DNA of 64,000 nt from Christensenellales bacterium (GCA_050943215.1 JBMNOU010000003.1:1269-65268), one strand, 5' to 3'; positions 18,761 through 28,457 are shown, counted from the first letter of the stretch. Numbers and translations are program-made. The notes: generated by a model not told the origin, from the letters alone.

Positions 18761-19261
18761 CTACGCCTCCGCCTTTTTTACTATTATACGTCGTCCGCTG
18801 ACTTTTGAAACTTCAATTTTAGAACCACTTTGTATGTATTCCCCATCCGTTACGACATCCGCTTTCTCGCCATCGATTTCAGCGATACCGGCCGGCCTAA
18901 GCGGTGTAAGGCTGACCCCTTTTTTACCAATGAAGCGCGAATAATCATCATTTGATACATAACCTTCGTTTTTTTCGGCGGCCGCTTTAAGGACCAAAGA
19001 AGAACGATATAAAATCCCTTTGCGCAAACTACGTCCCGCAATGATGGCGAGCAGCGCGATGATCGCTCCGATAATCAATACGAGGATAAGGGCTTCGGTT
19101 AGTGTTTTGGCCTGGAATATAATGCATAGAATAAGCGCCAGAAGGCCAAGGCCGCCAAAGATTCCAAATCCGGGAATAAACAGTTCTATCAACAAAAGAA
19201 CCATTCCAACAGAAAACAGTACGATTGAAACGGTGCTGATCGTTTCAAATAATCCGACCAT
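18761..19261 (-). CDS. nfeD: NfeD-family membrane protein (short form)
   Basis: Three to four TM helices and a C-terminal OB-fold-like segment (GVSLTPLRPAGIAEIDGEKADVVTDGEYI..GSKIEV). Same operon as floA. Confidence 0.85.
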   Translation of the reverse strand: MVGLFETISTVSIVLFSVGMVLLLIELFIPGFGIFGGLGLLALILCIIFQAKTLTEALILVLIIGAIIALLAIIAGRSLRKGILYRSSLVLKAAAEKNEGYVSNDDYSRFIGKKGVSLTPLRPAGIAEIDGEKADVVTDGEYIQSGSKIEVSKVSGRRIIVKKAEA

Positions 19262-19490
19262 ATTCCCCCTCCAAAAAGCAGCTTGATTAGCTGAAATCCT
19301 TCTATTATTAGTATATCATAACAACTATCAATATGCCAAAAACTTATTGCAAATAATAATGGCAAAGGGTACATCTATTGTTAGATTTGACCCGGCGCTT
19401 CAGAGCTTGACAATAAACAAAAAATACAATTAAAATGAGCATAATATCAAATAAAAGTTAGATATTACTGTTTGGGAATTGGAGAACCGT

Positions 19491-22118
19491 ATGCAAAAAC
19501 CGATCGTTCCCCATACAATGAAAAAAGGAGAGATATATCAAACATTTTCAACAAGCCATTTGGGTCTATCGGTACTGACAGCAGCACAAAGGCTTAAAAC
19601 GTATGGAGAGAATGTTTTAGAGGAGGGACACAAAAAAACAATTGTGTCTATTATGCTCGGCCAATTCAAAAACCTGATGATCATCGTACTACTGGCTGCT
19701 GCTTTGATCAGCGTGTTTCTAGGTCAGGTATCCGATTCAGCTATTATTTTTGCGGTCGTACTTTTAAACGCTATAATGGGAACCGTTCAGGAGAGCAAAG
19801 CGGAAGCTGCACTTGTTGCCTTAAAAAAGATGTCTGCACCGAATGTCAATGTGATTAGGGATGAAAAGACAATCATCGTTAAAGCGTCGAGTCTGGTCCC
19901 AGGAGATGCTGTCGTTCTGGCGGCGGGAGATTACGTTCCGGCTGACCTGCGGCTTGTTTCCGTAGCTTCGCTGAAAATTGAGGAAGCTGCGCTTACCGGC
20001 GAGTCGGTACCGGTGGAAAAAAATGCGGATGCCGTATTGCCTGAAGATACGCCGATTGCAGAGAGAATTAATATGGCTTATTCCGGAACTAGCGTGACTT
20101 ATGGCAGGGGACTGGGCGTCGTATGCGAAACTGGGATGCACACCGAAATCGGCAAAATAGCAGGTGCGTTAAAAGCGGCTAAAGAGAATGAAACGCCATT
20201 GCAAAAACGCATGAATGCGCTCTCGAAGCTATTATCCATAGCGGTTATTATCATCGCGGCTATTATTTTTGTCATTGGCTTAATGACAGGCAGGCCTGCC
20301 GCAGATATGTTTCTGGTTGCAGTCAGCATAGCAGTTGCTGCGATACCCGAAGGGCTTGCAACTGTTGTAACGCTTCAGATGACAATGGGGGTACAAAAAA
20401 TGTCATGCAGCGGTGCTATCATACGCAAGCTTCCTGCTGTCGAGACCCTTGGGTGTACCAATGTCATATGTTCCGACAAGACGGGTACACTAACGCAAAA
20501 TAAAATGCGTGTGCTCAATGTTTATTATTGCGACAATGAATTTGATGCGGAGAATCTTAGCCGGAGTGATGAGCTTTCCCTGCTGGATAAGACATTTATA
20601 CTATGCAGCGACACAAAGGTTTATTTTGAGGACGGCGAAGTTAAAATGATAGGGGACCCAACGGAAATAGCGCTGTATGCTTTTTCAGCGAACCGGCTGG
20701 ATGCGGACAAGATCGGCAAAGAGCTTGAGCGCATACGTGAAATTCCGTTTGATTCAGAGCGCAAGCTGATGAGTACGATTAATGGCAGAAAGGATCTTTT
20801 TTTATTTGTCAAAGGCGCACCGGATGCGCTGATAGACAGGTGCACGAGGATCTCGGTGAACGGAAAAGTTATTTTGCTTTCAGAAGAACGAAAAAACAGC
20901 CTTTACGCTGCTAACGAACGGTTTGCAAATAAAGCTTTAAGAGTGCTTGCCGCTGCGTATAAACCACTAAAAACCTTGCCAGAGTCACTTGAAGGAATAG
21001 AAAACGATCTTATCTTTCTCGGCCTAGCCGGAATGATGGACCCTCCTAGGGAGGAAGCCAAAGAAGCCATTCGAATTTGCAAAAATGCCGGTATCAAGCC
21101 GGTCATGATTACGGGAGACCACAAAACCACAGCTATTGCGGTTGCAAAAGAGCTGGGAATTTTGGAAGAAGGCGCAAGGGCGCTGACGGGCAAGGAGCTT
21201 GATGCAATCGATGAAGATGGTTTTGCCCATGACGTTGACAATATAAGCGTGTATGCAAGGGTCGCGCCGGAGCATAAGGTCCGCATTGTCAACGCACTGC
21301 GCAAAAAAGGCAATATCGTTGCGATGACGGGCGATGGCGTCAATGATGCGCCCGCACTCAAGACTGCGGATATCGGCGTTGGTATGGGCATCACGGGCAC
21401 GGAAGTTTCTAAAAATGCATCGGACATGGTTTTAACGGATGATAACTTTGCGACGATCGTGAAGGCCGTGAAAGAAGGGCGCAGGATATATCGTAATATC
21501 AAGAAAGCAGTACAGTTCTTGCTTTCCACAAACCTTTCTGAAGTGCTGACGCTGTTTATTGGCACGATGCTGGGCGTCGCGGTGCTGCAGCCGGTTCAGA
21601 TATTATGGATCAATCTTATTACGGATACATTTCCTGCACTCGCACTGGGCATGGAAGGTACGCCGGCAGATATCATGAATCGTAAACCGAGAGATGCCAA
21701 TCAGAGCTTTTTTTCAAACGTTATGGTATCTAACCTTGTATTTTTTGGATTCGTTATGAGCGCTTTGACACTAGGAATATTCTTTATATCGTTATCGCTA
21801 TACGGTACCCCCGCTGTGGCAACGACAATGGCATTTCTTACACTCGGCTTAACTCAACTTTTTCATGCCTATAATGTAAGGTCGTCGAATAATAACATTC
21901 TAGAAGGTTTTTTCAACAACAAATGGATGCATCTGGCTTTTATATTATCTGCGCTGCTGCAGGTCATTGTTGTTTTGGTTACGCCCATTGGCGTATTGTT
22001 TAAGGCAACACCGCTGACGGGAGAGCAATGGATTTATGTATGCATTGCGGCATTTGCTATTGTACCCGTCAGTGAAATCATCAAGCTGTTAACAAAGGCT
22101 TTTGTTAAATTAAAATAA
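19491..22118 (+). CDS. Cation-transporting P-type ATPase, type IIA (Ca2+-ATPase-like)
   Basis: TGES, PEGL, CSDKTGTLTQN, KGAPD, TGDHKTTA, MTGDGVNDAPAL. About 10 TM segments. GGAG lies 6 nt before the ATG at 19491 (the ORF track starts at TTG 19479). Confidence 0.92.
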   Translation: MQKPIVPHTMKKGEIYQTFSTSHLGLSVLTAAQRLKTYGENVLEEGHKKTIVSIMLGQFKNLMIIVLLAAALISVFLGQVSDSAIIFAVVLLNAIMGTVQESKAEAALVALKKMSAPNVNVIRDEKTIIVKASSLVPGDAVVLAAGDYVPADLRLVSVASLKIEEAALTGESVPVEKNADAVLPEDTPIAERINMAYSGTSVTYGRGLGVVCETGMHTEIGKIAGALKAAKENETPLQKRMNALSKLLSIAVIIIAAIIFVIGLMTGRPAADMFLVAVSIAVAAIPEGLATVVTLQMTMGVQKMSCSGAIIRKLPAVETLGCTNVICSDKTGTLTQNKMRVLNVYYCDNEFDAENLSRSDELSLLDKTFILCSDTKVYFEDGEVKMIGDPTEIALYAFSANRLDADKIGKELERIREIPFDSERKLMSTINGRKDLFLFVKGAPDALIDRCTRISVNGKVILLSEERKNSLYAANERFANKALRVLAAAYKPLKTLPESLEGIENDLIFLGLAGMMDPPREEAKEAIRICKNAGIKPVMITGDHKTTAIAVAKELGILEEGARALTGKELDAIDEDGFAHDVDNISVYARVAPEHKVRIVNALRKKGNIVAMTGDGVNDAPALKTADIGVGMGITGTEVSKNASDMVLTDDNFATIVKAVKEGRRIYRNIKKAVQFLLSTNLSEVLTLFIGTMLGVAVLQPVQILWINLITDTFPALALGMEGTPADIMNRKPRDANQSFFSNVMVSNLVFFGFVMSALTLGIFFISLSLYGTPAVATTMAFLTLGLTQLFHAYNVRSSNNNILEGFFNNKWMHLAFILSALLQVIVVLVTPIGVLFKATPLTGEQWIYVCIAAFAIVPVSEIIKLLTKAFVKLK

Positions 22119-22154
22119 TGACATTACCTAGTTTTAGGGGATAAGGAGATATCA

Positions 22155-22946
22155 ATGATAGACTATCATATACATACTAACATCTCGGCAGACTGCCTGA
22201 CCGATATGAGAAATATGGCTGAAGCGGCACTCCGGATGGGTTTAAAAGAGATCTGCTTTACTGAGCATCTTGACCTTGAATTTCCGGGAGATATTGATTT
22301 TAGCATCGATTTTGATAAGTATGACAGAAAGCTTAATGAAATCAAGCAGGATTATCCGGATCTTAACATACGCAAAGGGATCGAGGTAGGACTCGATATG
22401 CAAACAAAAGAAAAACTATCTCAATTATTGCCCGGGCTTTTTTTAGACTACGTTATCGGTTCGGTTCACATCGTGCTTGGGCATGATCCTTATGAAAAAG
22501 AGATCTGGGAAAAGTATGACCAGCAGCAGATATACTCAGCGTATTTGCGCGTATCGGTGGAATGTGCAAAAGCATGCGATTTTTATGATGTATTCGGTCA
22601 TCTCGGTTATATTTCAAAGTTTTGCCCCCATTCCGATAAACTCTTGCGCTATTGCGATTATCAAGATGCCATCGATACCATTTTAAAAATACTTATACAA
22701 AAGGGCAAGGGTCTTGAAGTAAATACAAACGGCCTTTATATGACGCCATCTACAATGCCTGAAACGCCTATCATTAGACGGTTTTTCGAGCTTGGAGGAG
22801 AGTTAATTACAATCGGATCAGACGCTCACTACGAAACGGTAGTGGGATATTCCATAAAAGAAACATTGAAAACGCTTAAAAAGATCGGGTTTAAGTATGT
22901 TTGCGCGTTTGATAAACGGCAGCCAAGATTTATACCAATACCATAA
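22155..22946 (+). CDS. PHP-domain histidinol-phosphatase family protein (HisJ/HisK type)
   Basis: MIDYHIHT N-terminal metal motif, FTEH, GSVH, FGHLGY, GSDAH. Confidence 0.78.
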   Translation: MIDYHIHTNISADCLTDMRNMAEAALRMGLKEICFTEHLDLEFPGDIDFSIDFDKYDRKLNEIKQDYPDLNIRKGIEVGLDMQTKEKLSQLLPGLFLDYVIGSVHIVLGHDPYEKEIWEKYDQQQIYSAYLRVSVECAKACDFYDVFGHLGYISKFCPHSDKLLRYCDYQDAIDTILKILIQKGKGLEVNTNGLYMTPSTMPETPIIRRFFELGGELITIGSDAHYETVVGYSIKETLKTLKKIGFKYVCAFDKRQPRFIPIP

Positions 22947-23422
22947 ATACTCTCATTTTATTATATTAATAAAATGTTTAATTTTATAACAGCGACACAG
23001 TATTATAAGTACCGTGCCGCTGCCTTCAGCAGTAAAGATTTGTCGCCGCCATTAATGTTTCCTTATTAAGGATTGGCATCTTTTACGAGCCTTATCCTTA
23101 TGGCCTCAAACATTTTACATTTAAAAATTGCCTTGCTTATTTAATTTTAATACTGTTGTACCGATTTTAAAAAATTCTTTTAAGGTACAATCAATTTATT
23201 GCATTACCTTGGCTATGACGACCATTTCTTTACGTTAATATTTTGTCTAATTTAAAACAAAATTATATATACAATATTTGTCATGTTGTATATAGACCAA
23301 AATAAAACAAAGCTAAATCCAAATGTAACGCCGGATTATCCATTATGAAATTGCTGAGGAAACAAGCAGTATAAACCAAAGGCAAAAAGGCTCTGTGTGA
23401 TATATTTTGCGTTTCTAATGTA

Positions 23423-24592
23423 TTATTTATTCTGAGATAAAAACCGGCCGATCCTCTGGGCCGCAGTTCGTATTCTGTCCTCAGACTGTACCAGTGCCAT
23501 TCTCACATACCCCTTGCCACCGCTGCCAAAAGCGCTGCCCGGTACGACTATTACACCTGTGCTTTGCGCAAGTTTTTTGCAAAAACTAACATCGCTGTCA
23601 AATCCGACGGGGATTTGGGCCCATACGAACATAGTGGCTTTCGGGCGCTCGATATCCCACCCTACTTGCTGAAACGCTTTTATAAGTACGTCTCTGCGCT
23701 TTTCATATTCTTTTGCGGTATTGGCCACAATAATGGGGTTAATATTAAGCGCGCATATGCCAGCTTTTTGCACAGGAATGAATATTCCGTAATCCGTGTT
23801 CGATTTGAGCCGCTTTAGCATGCGGATATATTCGCTGTTGCCGAGACAGAAACCAAGCCGGGCGCCTGCGAAACCAAACGATTTAGATAGAGAATTAAAT
23901 TCTGCGCCGATTTGTTTGGCACCTTCAAATGCGAGAAAGCTTCCTCCCTTAAGGCCATCAAACGTTAGCTCACTATATGCATTGTCGTGAATAATAAATA
24001 TTTCGTTTTGACGGGCGAAAGCTATCAGGTCCTGGTAAAACGAGGCAGGAGCAACCGCTGTCGTGGGGTTGTTTGGGTATGAAACGATCATCAGCTTTGC
24101 TTTTTGCGCGATATCTTTTGGAATATCGTCAAAATCAATAATAAAACCATTTTCGGGTCTTTGAGGTACCCAATATATATCTGCATGGGCTAAAGCTGCG
24201 CCAGTATAAAATGCGGGATAACACGGATCCTGAAGGATTACAGTATCACCCGGATTGATCACAGGCAGGCAACAATGCGCGAGCCCCTCCTGTGAACCGA
24301 GCACCGCGCAGACCTCTGAATCTGAATTGATATCCACGCCGTATCGTTGTTTGTACCAAACCGATGCGGCAGATTTTAATTCATCAAGATCTTCGATCGC
24401 ATATACATAATTTTCATTTTTTTCGGCTTCGCGTGCGATCGTTTGTTTGACCGACTGAGCGGGGGGGATATTGGGAGTACCCACACTGAGATCGATCACA
24501 TCAATCCCTATATTGATTAATGATGCCTTTTCTTTTGCCAGTTCGGTAAATATGCCCGATTCAAGCCGTTTCATCAAATAAGAAAATTCCAT
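23423..24592 (-). CDS. Class I/II PLP-dependent aminotransferase (AlaT/DapL-like)
   Basis: DLSVGTPN, YPNNPT, NAY, SLSKSFGFAGARLG (PLP lysine); 389 aa. Confidence 0.85.
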   Translation of the reverse strand: MEFSYLMKRLESGIFTELAKEKASLINIGIDVIDLSVGTPNIPPAQSVKQTIAREAEKNENYVYAIEDLDELKSAASVWYKQRYGVDINSDSEVCAVLGSQEGLAHCCLPVINPGDTVILQDPCYPAFYTGAALAHADIYWVPQRPENGFIIDFDDIPKDIAQKAKLMIVSYPNNPTTAVAPASFYQDLIAFARQNEIFIIHDNAYSELTFDGLKGGSFLAFEGAKQIGAEFNSLSKSFGFAGARLGFCLGNSEYIRMLKRLKSNTDYGIFIPVQKAGICALNINPIIVANTAKEYEKRRDVLIKAFQQVGWDIERPKATMFVWAQIPVGFDSDVSFCKKLAQSTGVIVVPGSAFGSGGKGYVRMALVQSEDRIRTAAQRIGRFLSQNK

Positions 24593-24759
24593 TTTGATTT
24601 ATTGCGGTATCAATTACCGTATCTCCTTCAAAAAAATGTATCCAAAATTCATTATACATGCAACGGTTTCAATATTCCATAGTAAATATAATATTGTTGT
24701 TCTACAATCAATGTGTAACGGATCATTTGACAACGTAGAATCATTGAATCTAATTAACA

Positions 24760-24788
24760 TTGACAAAGTTATTTAACGATGGTATAAT
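24760..24788 (+). promoter_or_regulatory. Perfect-consensus sigma-A promoter with no downstream ORF
   Basis: TTGACA (24760-24765), 17-nt spacer, TATAAT (24783-24788). Confidence 0.6.
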
Positions 24789-24794
24789 CTAAGC

Positions 24795-24885
24795 TGTACA
24801 TAAAGCTGTTAGCTAAAAACCGAATGATTTAAATTTTCATTGATTTAAATGAACCCAAATACCGTTAATCGCATTTGGGTTTTTA
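24795..24885 (+). ncRNA. Candidate small RNA or leader transcript (about 90 nt), unclassified
   Basis: Bounded by the consensus promoter and a plus-strand-specific intrinsic terminator. No SD-linked ORF. Boundaries are predicted, not measured. Confidence 0.35.
24853..24884 (+). terminator. Intrinsic terminator of the orphan transcription unit
   Basis: ACCCAAAT (24853-24860) / ATTTGGGT (24873-24880) with a 12-nt loop, followed by TTTTTATTTAT. Confidence 0.6.
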
Positions 24886-24918
24886 TTTATAGTTATAAAA
24901 GGTGGGGCATCATTGTTG

Positions 24919-24947
24919 TTGACATTATCAGGTCACTTCAATATAAT
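24919..24947 (+). promoter_or_regulatory. rpmH promoter
   Basis: TTGACA (24919-24924), 17-nt spacer, TATAAT (24942-24947), about 55 nt before rpmH. Confidence 0.65.
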
Positions 24948-25003
24948 ATATTCGTCTGACCATAGGATATTGTGGTTGGCAAATATGTAAGAGGTAAGAG
25001 CTA

Positions 25004-25138
25004 ATGAAGATGACTTTTCAGCCTAAGAGAAGGCAGCGCAAGGTGGAGCACGGCTTTCGAAAGAGAATGAGCACAAAAGCCGGCAGAAACATTTTAAAAC
25101 GCAGACGTGCAAAAGGAAGGAAAAAATTGTCCGCATAG
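25004..25138 (+). CDS. rpmH: 50S ribosomal protein L34
   Basis: Translated by hand: [44 protein letters not shown] (44 aa). GAGGTAAGAG SD upstream and rnpA follows. Below the ORF-track length cut-off. Confidence 0.93.
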   Translation: MKMTFQPKRRQRKVEHGFRKRMSTKAGRNILKRRRAKGRKKLSA

Positions 25139-25166
25139 TTTGGACTGACGGTCACTGACCGTTTGG

Positions 25167-25517
25167 ATGGAAGGTATATTGAGGCGTGAATATTCGCTTA
25201 GGCGTAATAAAGAGTTCAGGTATGTATACAGAAAAGGTCAAACTGTCTCGGACAGAAACCTTATACTCATATATGTCAGGACAAAAACACCTCATTTGAA
25301 GGTGGGTTTTTCGGTATCAAAAAAGCTGGGAAACAGTGTGGAGCGAAACAGGATCAAACGAAGGATGAAAGAAGCTTTCTTTTCAATGTTGGATAATGTA
25401 TCGCAGAAGAGTCTGATTGTGATGGTGCCCAGAGACAATGCAACAGGGCTGGAATTTCGGGATATACTTTTATCGATGGACAAGCTTTTAAGAAAAGCGG
25501 GACTGATGAAGAAATAA
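25167..25517 (+). CDS. rnpA: Ribonuclease P protein component
   Basis: RNR motif region (GNSVERNRIKRRMKEAF), basic, 116 aa, in rpmH-rnpA-yidD synteny. Confidence 0.9.
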   Translation: MEGILRREYSLRRNKEFRYVYRKGQTVSDRNLILIYVRTKTPHLKVGFSVSKKLGNSVERNRIKRRMKEAFFSMLDNVSQKSLIVMVPRDNATGLEFRDILLSMDKLLRKAGLMKK

Positions 25518-25518
25518 T

Positions 25519-25728
25519 ATGAAGCGTATTTTGCTGGCTTTCGTGTGGTTTTATAGAAACGCGGTATCTCCTTACACGAGGCGATCGTGCCGATTTACGC
25601 CGACATGCTCGGAGTATGCTATGGAAGCACTCAACAAATACGGTGCATTCAAAGGTCTTGGACTTTCATTATTGCGTGTTCTAAGGTGTAATCCTTTTTG
25701 CAAAGGTGGGTATGATCCTGTCCCCTAA
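25519..25728 (+). CDS. yidD: Membrane protein insertion efficiency factor YidD
   Basis: YR..VSP......CRF.PTCSEYA..A....G...G; 69 aa. Confidence 0.9.
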   Translation: MKRILLAFVWFYRNAVSPYTRRSCRFTPTCSEYAMEALNKYGAFKGLGLSLLRVLRCNPFCKGGYDPVP

Positions 25729-25760
25729 TGGGGGTGCCTTAAAAATGGAGGATAACGAGC

Positions 25761-26738
25761 TTGGATTTTTTAAGCAACAACTTTATTTCTGATTTTTTTG
25801 TGATCGTGCTGAAAGGGGTATTCAATCTCGTTCAGAACTATTCCATTGCAATTATTGTTGTAACGATCGCAATCAGATTGCTGACGCTTCCGCTTGATTT
25901 GCGGCAGAAAAACAGTACTCGCAAGATGGCTCTGATACAACCTAAGATTGAATCATTAAAAAAACGCTATGCGAATAACCCTCAGCAGCTTCAGAAGAAA
26001 CAACAGGAGCTGTATCGGAAAGAAGGCATTAAACCGCTTGCGGGATGTCTTCCTATGCTGATTACTCTGCCGATATTTTTTGCTTTCTTTGGCGCTATGC
26101 GTGTTCTCGCAGCTGAACAGACCGTATCGTTTGTACTAAACGCACAGCATTTCGGCGAATCGGCATATAATCTGCCAAGCTGGCTTTGGGTTCATAACTT
26201 CTGGCAGCCAGACGCGGGCACAGCGGCGATACTGCCCACTGCCAACGAGTTTGTTAGCTTTGTTCAGACTAATGCAACGTATATTAACCCGCAGTCTTTG
26301 CATATGCTCTCAAATGCAGGGCTGCTTAATTTTGACTTCACAAACGGGGTGCTTTTGAGCAATGTAACCAACACCGCAGGAGAAGTGGTAAGCGCCATAC
26401 CCGCGTACGATACGCTAGTCGGCAATATTCTGCATGTTAACGGATTGACAGGATATAACAACGGATGGTTTATTCTTCCCGTTCTCGCAGGCGGATCGCT
26501 GTTTCTCCAGCAGAAGATTTCAATGGGTCAGAATCCACAGATGGCATCTCAAGGCAAGTTTATGTTGTGGTTTTTCCCGTTGTTTTCGGTATATATCTGC
26601 ACAACGGCAAACGCAGCGTTTTCCGTCTACTGGCTGTTTGCAAACATCTATGCTCTGGTGCAGCTACTGATACTCAACTATATTTATAAGAAACGGGACG
26701 AAAAGGCAAAACAGGGCATCATTGAGGAGGCTTCTTGA
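25761..26738 (+). CDS. yidC: Membrane protein insertase YidC/SpoIIIJ family
   Basis: Multi-TM 60 kDa-IMP core (LLT.PL...Q..S..KM..IQP....L...Y......Q.E...LY...G..P..GCLPMLI..PI). Non-ATG start (TTG) after GGAGGA. Confidence 0.88.
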   Translation: MDFLSNNFISDFFVIVLKGVFNLVQNYSIAIIVVTIAIRLLTLPLDLRQKNSTRKMALIQPKIESLKKRYANNPQQLQKKQQELYRKEGIKPLAGCLPMLITLPIFFAFFGAMRVLAAEQTVSFVLNAQHFGESAYNLPSWLWVHNFWQPDAGTAAILPTANEFVSFVQTNATYINPQSLHMLSNAGLLNFDFTNGVLLSNVTNTAGEVVSAIPAYDTLVGNILHVNGLTGYNNGWFILPVLAGGSLFLQQKISMGQNPQMASQGKFMLWFFPLFSVYICTTANAAFSVYWLFANIYALVQLLILNYIYKKRDEKAKQGIIEEAS

Positions 26739-27514
26739 TGGAATATATCGAAACTAAAGGCAAGACGGTTGATGAAGCTGTATTTAGCGGTTTGTTAAAA
26801 ATGGATTTGTCTATTGACGAGGTGGATATCGAAATTATTGATGAAGGCGGCGGTCTGTTTAGAAGCGCCAAAGTGAGGCTGATAAAAAAGAAAGACACAA
26901 GTGTTCCGGGCACTATTGAAATGGCATCGCAGGTTACAGAAAAAACGCAGCAGATTAAACAAATACCACAGCGCGAAATAAAAAAAGAAAAACCGGTAGC
27001 GCACAAACCGCAGCGAATATCGCAATTGGAAGAGAAAATTGCACACCAGGAGCCCGGAAATGATGCGGAAAAGTTCTTATTGGGATTGTTTTCGCATATG
27101 GGAGTATCTGTTTCTCTTAAGTCTGACAGTACGGACGATATTATAAAGATCGATATGTCTGGCAAAGGTATGGGCAGGCTGATTGGCCGAAGGGGCGAAA
27201 CACTTGACGCACTGCAATATTTAACTAGTCTTGTTGTGAATAACGGTAAAGAATCATATACTAAGATAATGCTGGATACAGAAAATTACCGTAAAAAACG
27301 TGAGGACGCGCTTAAGAGACTGGCGGCGCGATTGGCTGATAAGGTGCAAAAGTCCGGAAAAAGGGTTGTGCTTGAGCCGATGAATCCTTACGAAAGGCGT
27401 ATACTGCATGCGACATTGCAGGATTATTCAAAGGTTTACACATACAGCGAAGGGGAAGACCCATATAGGAGCGTTGTTGTGGCATTAAAGACAAAGAATG
27501 GTATTGCTGAATAA
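26735..27514 (+). CDS. jag: RNA-binding protein Jag/KhpB (Jag_N, KH and R3H domains)
   Basis: N-terminal Jag domain (GKTVDEAV..GL), GRLIGRRGETLDALQYL KH motif, and R3H-type LEPMNPYERRILH. 4-nt overlap with yidC. Confidence 0.85.
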   Translation: MMEYIETKGKTVDEAVFSGLLKMDLSIDEVDIEIIDEGGGLFRSAKVRLIKKKDTSVPGTIEMASQVTEKTQQIKQIPQREIKKEKPVAHKPQRISQLEEKIAHQEPGNDAEKFLLGLFSHMGVSVSLKSDSTDDIIKIDMSGKGMGRLIGRRGETLDALQYLTSLVVNNGKESYTKIMLDTENYRKKREDALKRLAARLADKVQKSGKRVVLEPMNPYERRILHATLQDYSKVYTYSEGEDPYRSVVVALKTKNGIAE

Positions 27515-27535
27515 TAGAACAGTCTTAAAATAAAG

Positions 27536-27572
27536 AAACAAAAGCGGAGCCTGCTGGCTCCGCTTTTGTTTT
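27536..27572. terminator. Bidirectional intrinsic terminator (jag and the convergent isomerase gene)
   Basis: AAACAAAAGCGGAGCC-TGCT-GGCTCCGCTTTTGTTT. Confidence 0.8.
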
Positions 27573-27604
27573 GCATATATGACAGATGTATTTCCTTATT
27601 TTAC

Positions 27605-28393
27605 TTAAATAGAATTCATATATTCCATGTACTGCGCGAACGCAATGCTGGGTTCTTCGAGAGACAGGTCCCAACGCTTTACCCACTCAAGCGAATAATA
27701 TCCTTTGTACCCGAAGTCTTCAAGTGCACGAATGGCTTCAGCCACGGGAACATCGCCCTCGCCGACGATCTTATAGGATACTTTTTTCCCGTTTATCACC
27801 GAATCTTTGATATGGACATGTTTGACATAAGGCCCTATTTTTGTAAGCGTATAGGCTGGGCTTTCGCCGAAAAAACGGTACGGATGATGAATATCGTAGA
27901 GGATGCCTACGTTATCGTTTTTAATTTCAGATAAAAGCACAGCCAACGATTTCGATTTTGCAAAAAAACCGTTCGTTTCCACAAGCGGCATTACGTTTTT
28001 GTTTTTTGCATATTGTGCGATTTCTGTAAGATTCAAAAGGATTGTTTTAAGGCTGATATCGTCTGAAGGGGAAGGCGCCTTGTCACCAAGCACCCTGATA
28101 TACGGTGCACCCAGCGCGCTTGCCGTATCCACGTATGCTTTGGCTTTTTCCAGATCGTTTTCGTCGTTTAAGTCACATGAGGATGTGAGACAGGGTATTG
28201 AAAGAGACAGGTTTTTTAGCTTGCTGATTGTTTTTTCTATCTTTGAAGGGGAAAAACTTAAGATAGCTGGCGCATAAAGCTCGCCTAAAACTCCTCTGAT
28301 CTCAATGCCGTCATATCCAAGATCAGAAGCAACCGAAACGATATCAGAAAAAGACCACTTAGGGCATCCAAGTGTGGAAAAACATGTTTTCAT
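27605..28393 (-). CDS. Sugar phosphate isomerase/epimerase (xylose-isomerase-like TIM barrel)
   Basis: N-terminal STLGCP..S, GYDGIEIRG, and later E..H..D metal-ligand spacing; 262 aa. Confidence 0.72.
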   Translation of the reverse strand: MKTCFSTLGCPKWSFSDIVSVASDLGYDGIEIRGVLGELYAPAILSFSPSKIEKTISKLKNLSLSIPCLTSSCDLNDENDLEKAKAYVDTASALGAPYIRVLGDKAPSPSDDISLKTILLNLTEIAQYAKNKNVMPLVETNGFFAKSKSLAVLLSEIKNDNVGILYDIHHPYRFFGESPAYTLTKIGPYVKHVHIKDSVINGKKVSYKIVGEGDVPVAEAIRALEDFGYKGYYSLEWVKRWDLSLEEPSIAFAQYMEYMNSI

Positions 28394-28457
28394 TGGCAGC
28401 CTCCATATACAATACTAAATATATTATAAAACAAATGTCAGTAAAATGCCACCAGTG

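Noticed and set aside
24594-24776. 60-aa ORF in the aminotransferase-rpmH intergenic region.
   Set aside because: No SD, and the composition is extremely AT-driven (Ile/Asn/Lys/Phe). It overlaps the promoter of the orphan transcription unit.
24593-25003. Possible oriC / DnaA-box cluster upstream of rpmH.
   Set aside because: By eye I found no TTATCCACA/TGTGGATAA copies or close variants clustered here, only generic AT-rich DNA and two promoters. A computational scan is still needed.
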